A stretch of DNA of 64,000 nucleotides from Microcystaceae cyanobacterium (GTDB lineage: Bacteria > Cyanobacteriota > Cyanobacteriia > Cyanobacteriales > Microcystaceae). The DNA lies in contig JBGTGT010000123.1 of assembly GCA_041746575.1 (NCBI GenBank), positions 76,688 through 140,687 of the forward strand, written 5' to 3'. This document shows, piece after piece, positions 61,852 to 64,000 of the stretch. A model generated the notes under the pieces. That model worked only from the letters and a program-made list of their open reading frames with translations, made no database searches and had not been told where the DNA came from. Position numbers and translations under genes: made by a program. Every line of letters starts with the position of its first letter. Position 1 is the stretch's first letter.

Positions 61852-63648
61852 TTAATTACTTTCCGTTTTGGGTTTATAGACGGATTTTACCTGCAATTCT
61901 TTCAACTGTTTGTCATCGACCTGAGAAGGCGCATCGGTTAATGAACAGCTAGCTTGTTGGGTTTTGGGGAAAGCAATCACATCGCGGATCGAGTCTTCTC
62001 CTGCCAATAACATCACCAAACGATCTAATCCGTAGGCGATACCCCCGTGAGGAGGTGTGCCGTATTCGAACGCCTCAAGGAGAAACCCGAATTTACTGTA
62101 AGCTTCTTTTAAGGATAAGCCAATCGTTGCAAAAACCTGTTCTTGGATTTCCCGTTGATAAATCCGCAAACTCCCACCCCCAATTTCAATGCCGTTATAC
62201 ACCATATCATAAGCTAAAGCACGTGCGGTACTGATATCGACTAAATCTTCCGGATTTGGTGCAGTAAAAGGATGATGCAAGGATTCTAGGCGTTTTTCTT
62301 GCGCATTCCATTCAAACATCGGAAAATCAGTAATCCATAACAGGTTAGTCTTAGTAGCATCAATTAATCCTAATTGTTCCCCAATCACTAAACGAAGGCG
62401 AGATAAGGATTTATTGACTGTTTCTGTATCTCCTGCACCAAATAAAAGTAAATCTCCTGCTTTTGCTTGAGTTTTCTTTAACAACTGTTCTTTTTGTTCA
62501 TCGTTTAAGTTATCTTTAATAGCACCGATGGTATCCAACTCGTCATTTTCTCTGACTCTAATATAGGCGATGCCTTTCGCACCGGCTTCTGTTGCTTCTC
62601 GAAATAAATCACCCCCTGGTTTAATCCGAACATTGGAAATTAAGTCATTACCGTTAGGAATCGGAAGAATTTTGACACTTCCACCGTTTTCTACCGCACC
62701 GGAGAAGACTTTAAACCCGCACTCTTTGACAATTTCAGAAACATTCACTAATTCAAGTCCAAAGCGAGTATCAGGACGATCCACCCCATACTTATCCATC
62801 GCTTCTGCATAGGTTAAACGGGGAAAAGGACGGGGAATTTCAATATTTTTAACATTTTCAAAGATATGACAGACTAATGCTTCATTTAGGTCAAGGATTT
62901 CCTCTAAAGAGAGAAAACTCATTTCCATATCCAGTTGCGTGAATTCGGGTTGTCTATCGGCGCGTAAGTCTTCATCGCGGAAACAGCGCGCAATTTGATA
63001 GTATCGATCAACCCCTGATACCATCAAGAGTTGTTTAAAGAGTTGGGGAGATTGAGGTAACGCATACCATTTTCCGGGGTTGACACGGGAAGGAACAAGG
63101 TAATCTCTCGCGCCTTCTGGGGTAGAACGGGTTAAAATAGGAGTTTCCACCTCTATAAACCCTTGTTCATCTTCAAGGAAGCGACGCATTGCCTTAACCA
63201 CTTCATGACGTAATTTCAGATTATTCATCATTTTTTCCCGTCTGAGGTCAAGATAGCGGTATTTTAAGCGAATATCTTCCCTAACTAATTCTGCATCGGC
63301 ACTAGAGACGACAAAAGGTAATTGTTTCGTAACGCCGTTGAGTAACTCAATGGAATCTGCGTAAATTTCGACCTCTCCCGTAGGAATCTTGGGATTTAAA
63401 GATTCTGGCGGTCTTTTACTGACTTTTCCTTCAATTTTAATCACATATTCACTGCGAAGTCCCTCAGCGATCGGGTAAGATTGAGGCGTACGCTGAGGAT
63501 CACTGACAATCTGGATAATGCCACTGCGATCGCGTAAATCGATGAAAATAACGCCACCGTGATCCCGTTGACGATCTACCCAACCATACATGGTAACATT
63601 TTCTCCAATTTGAGGGGTATTAAGTTCTCCGCCGTAATAAGTTCGCAT
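61852..63648 (-). CDS. aspS: Aspartate--tRNA ligase
   Basis: [67 protein letters not shown]. Confidence 0.98.
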   Translation of the reverse strand: MRTYYGGELNTPQIGENVTMYGWVDRQRDHGGVIFIDLRDRSGIIQIVSDPQRTPQSYPIAEGLRSEYVIKIEGKVSKRPPESLNPKIPTGEVEIYADSIELLNGVTKQLPFVVSSADAELVREDIRLKYRYLDLRREKMMNNLKLRHEVVKAMRRFLEDEQGFIEVETPILTRSTPEGARDYLVPSRVNPGKWYALPQSPQLFKQLLMVSGVDRYYQIARCFRDEDLRADRQPEFTQLDMEMSFLSLEEILDLNEALVCHIFENVKNIEIPRPFPRLTYAEAMDKYGVDRPDTRFGLELVNVSEIVKECGFKVFSGAVENGGSVKILPIPNGNDLISNVRIKPGGDLFREATEAGAKGIAYIRVRENDELDTIGAIKDNLNDEQKEQLLKKTQAKAGDLLLFGAGDTETVNKSLSRLRLVIGEQLGLIDATKTNLLWITDFPMFEWNAQEKRLESLHHPFTAPNPEDLVDISTARALAYDMVYNGIEIGGGSLRIYQREIQEQVFATIGLSLKEAYSKFGFLLEAFEYGTPPHGGIAYGLDRLVMLLAGEDSIRDVIAFPKTQQASCSLTDAPSQVDDKQLKELQVKSVYKPKTESN

Positions 63649-64000
63649 AATTGAGGTTGACTGAATAATCGTTATATATCACTAATTGTAGTATTTTAAA
63701 AAACACTCTACAATTTTAGACGCATTGCTCATTATGCCTTATTTGGGGATGTTTAGAACAGGCAAGAGTAGACTTTGAGTTCTCCTCAAAGGAGAAAACC
63801 TGTCTTAAGTTTTCAAAAATAGTATTCGTTAAATCAGCGTGGGTCAAATCCGTATCATCTACAGGGTAAACGCATCTTAACTTAGCCCAAAAATATGGTA
63901 TGATAAAACTTTGACTAATTTCCTAAATAGTTGATTGATATACATTGATGGCTAAAGGCTTCCAAAAATCTGTAGAAACCCAAGGAAAACAGAATTTTTC

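Noticed and set aside
3566..62812. Many short ORFs in the track (e.g. 3566-3832, 11444-11839, 23465-23785, 28578-28916, 33252-33593, 62570-62812)
   Set aside because: They are antisense or out-of-frame shadows of well-supported genes and have no recognisable motifs
63770..63800. Overlapping hairpins (CTTTGAG/CTCAAAG, TTCTCCT/AGGAGAA) upstream of aspS as a possible attenuator
   Set aside because: Short stems with no T-box or other consensus; could be chance

Overview
This is cyanobacterial chromosomal DNA: HIP1 GCGATCGC octamers are frequent, and it carries a ccmS-like gene plus cyanobacteria-type TPS, CHAT and AAA_35 families. Housekeeping genes (ilvC, recN, hemL, pilD, ftsY, aspS) surround several accessory blocks. 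(1) 6.0-19.4 kb: a putative extracytoplasmic protease-signalling locus with TpsB, TpsA, an exported TPR-CHAT caspase-like protease, DUF928 and an AAA_35-CHASE2 receptor. It contains an inner cassette of a subtilase, a stand-alone inhibitor-like protein and a secreted TPR protein with a CxxC-x18-CxxC tail. (2) 19.7-38 kb: ion-homeostasis genes, namely a variant ClC, an NrtA-like ABC operon under a c-di-AMP riboswitch, a P-type ATPase, a K+ channel and an Amt with a signalling-like tail. A cluster of nested and decayed mobile elements interrupts this block (IS1, two MITE types, a resolvase pseudogene with a res-like site, and an IS630 inserted into the terminal repeat of another IS). (3) 42-48.5 kb: a tyrosine recombinase with an adjacent dif-like site and a stress-gene block. 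(4) 51-57 kb: an AAA_35 pair (response-regulator/winged-helix-AAA_35 and AAA_35-TM-WD40) paralogous to the CHASE2 receptor. I saw no rRNA, tRNA or CRISPR array. All family calls are by motif recognition, not database search.
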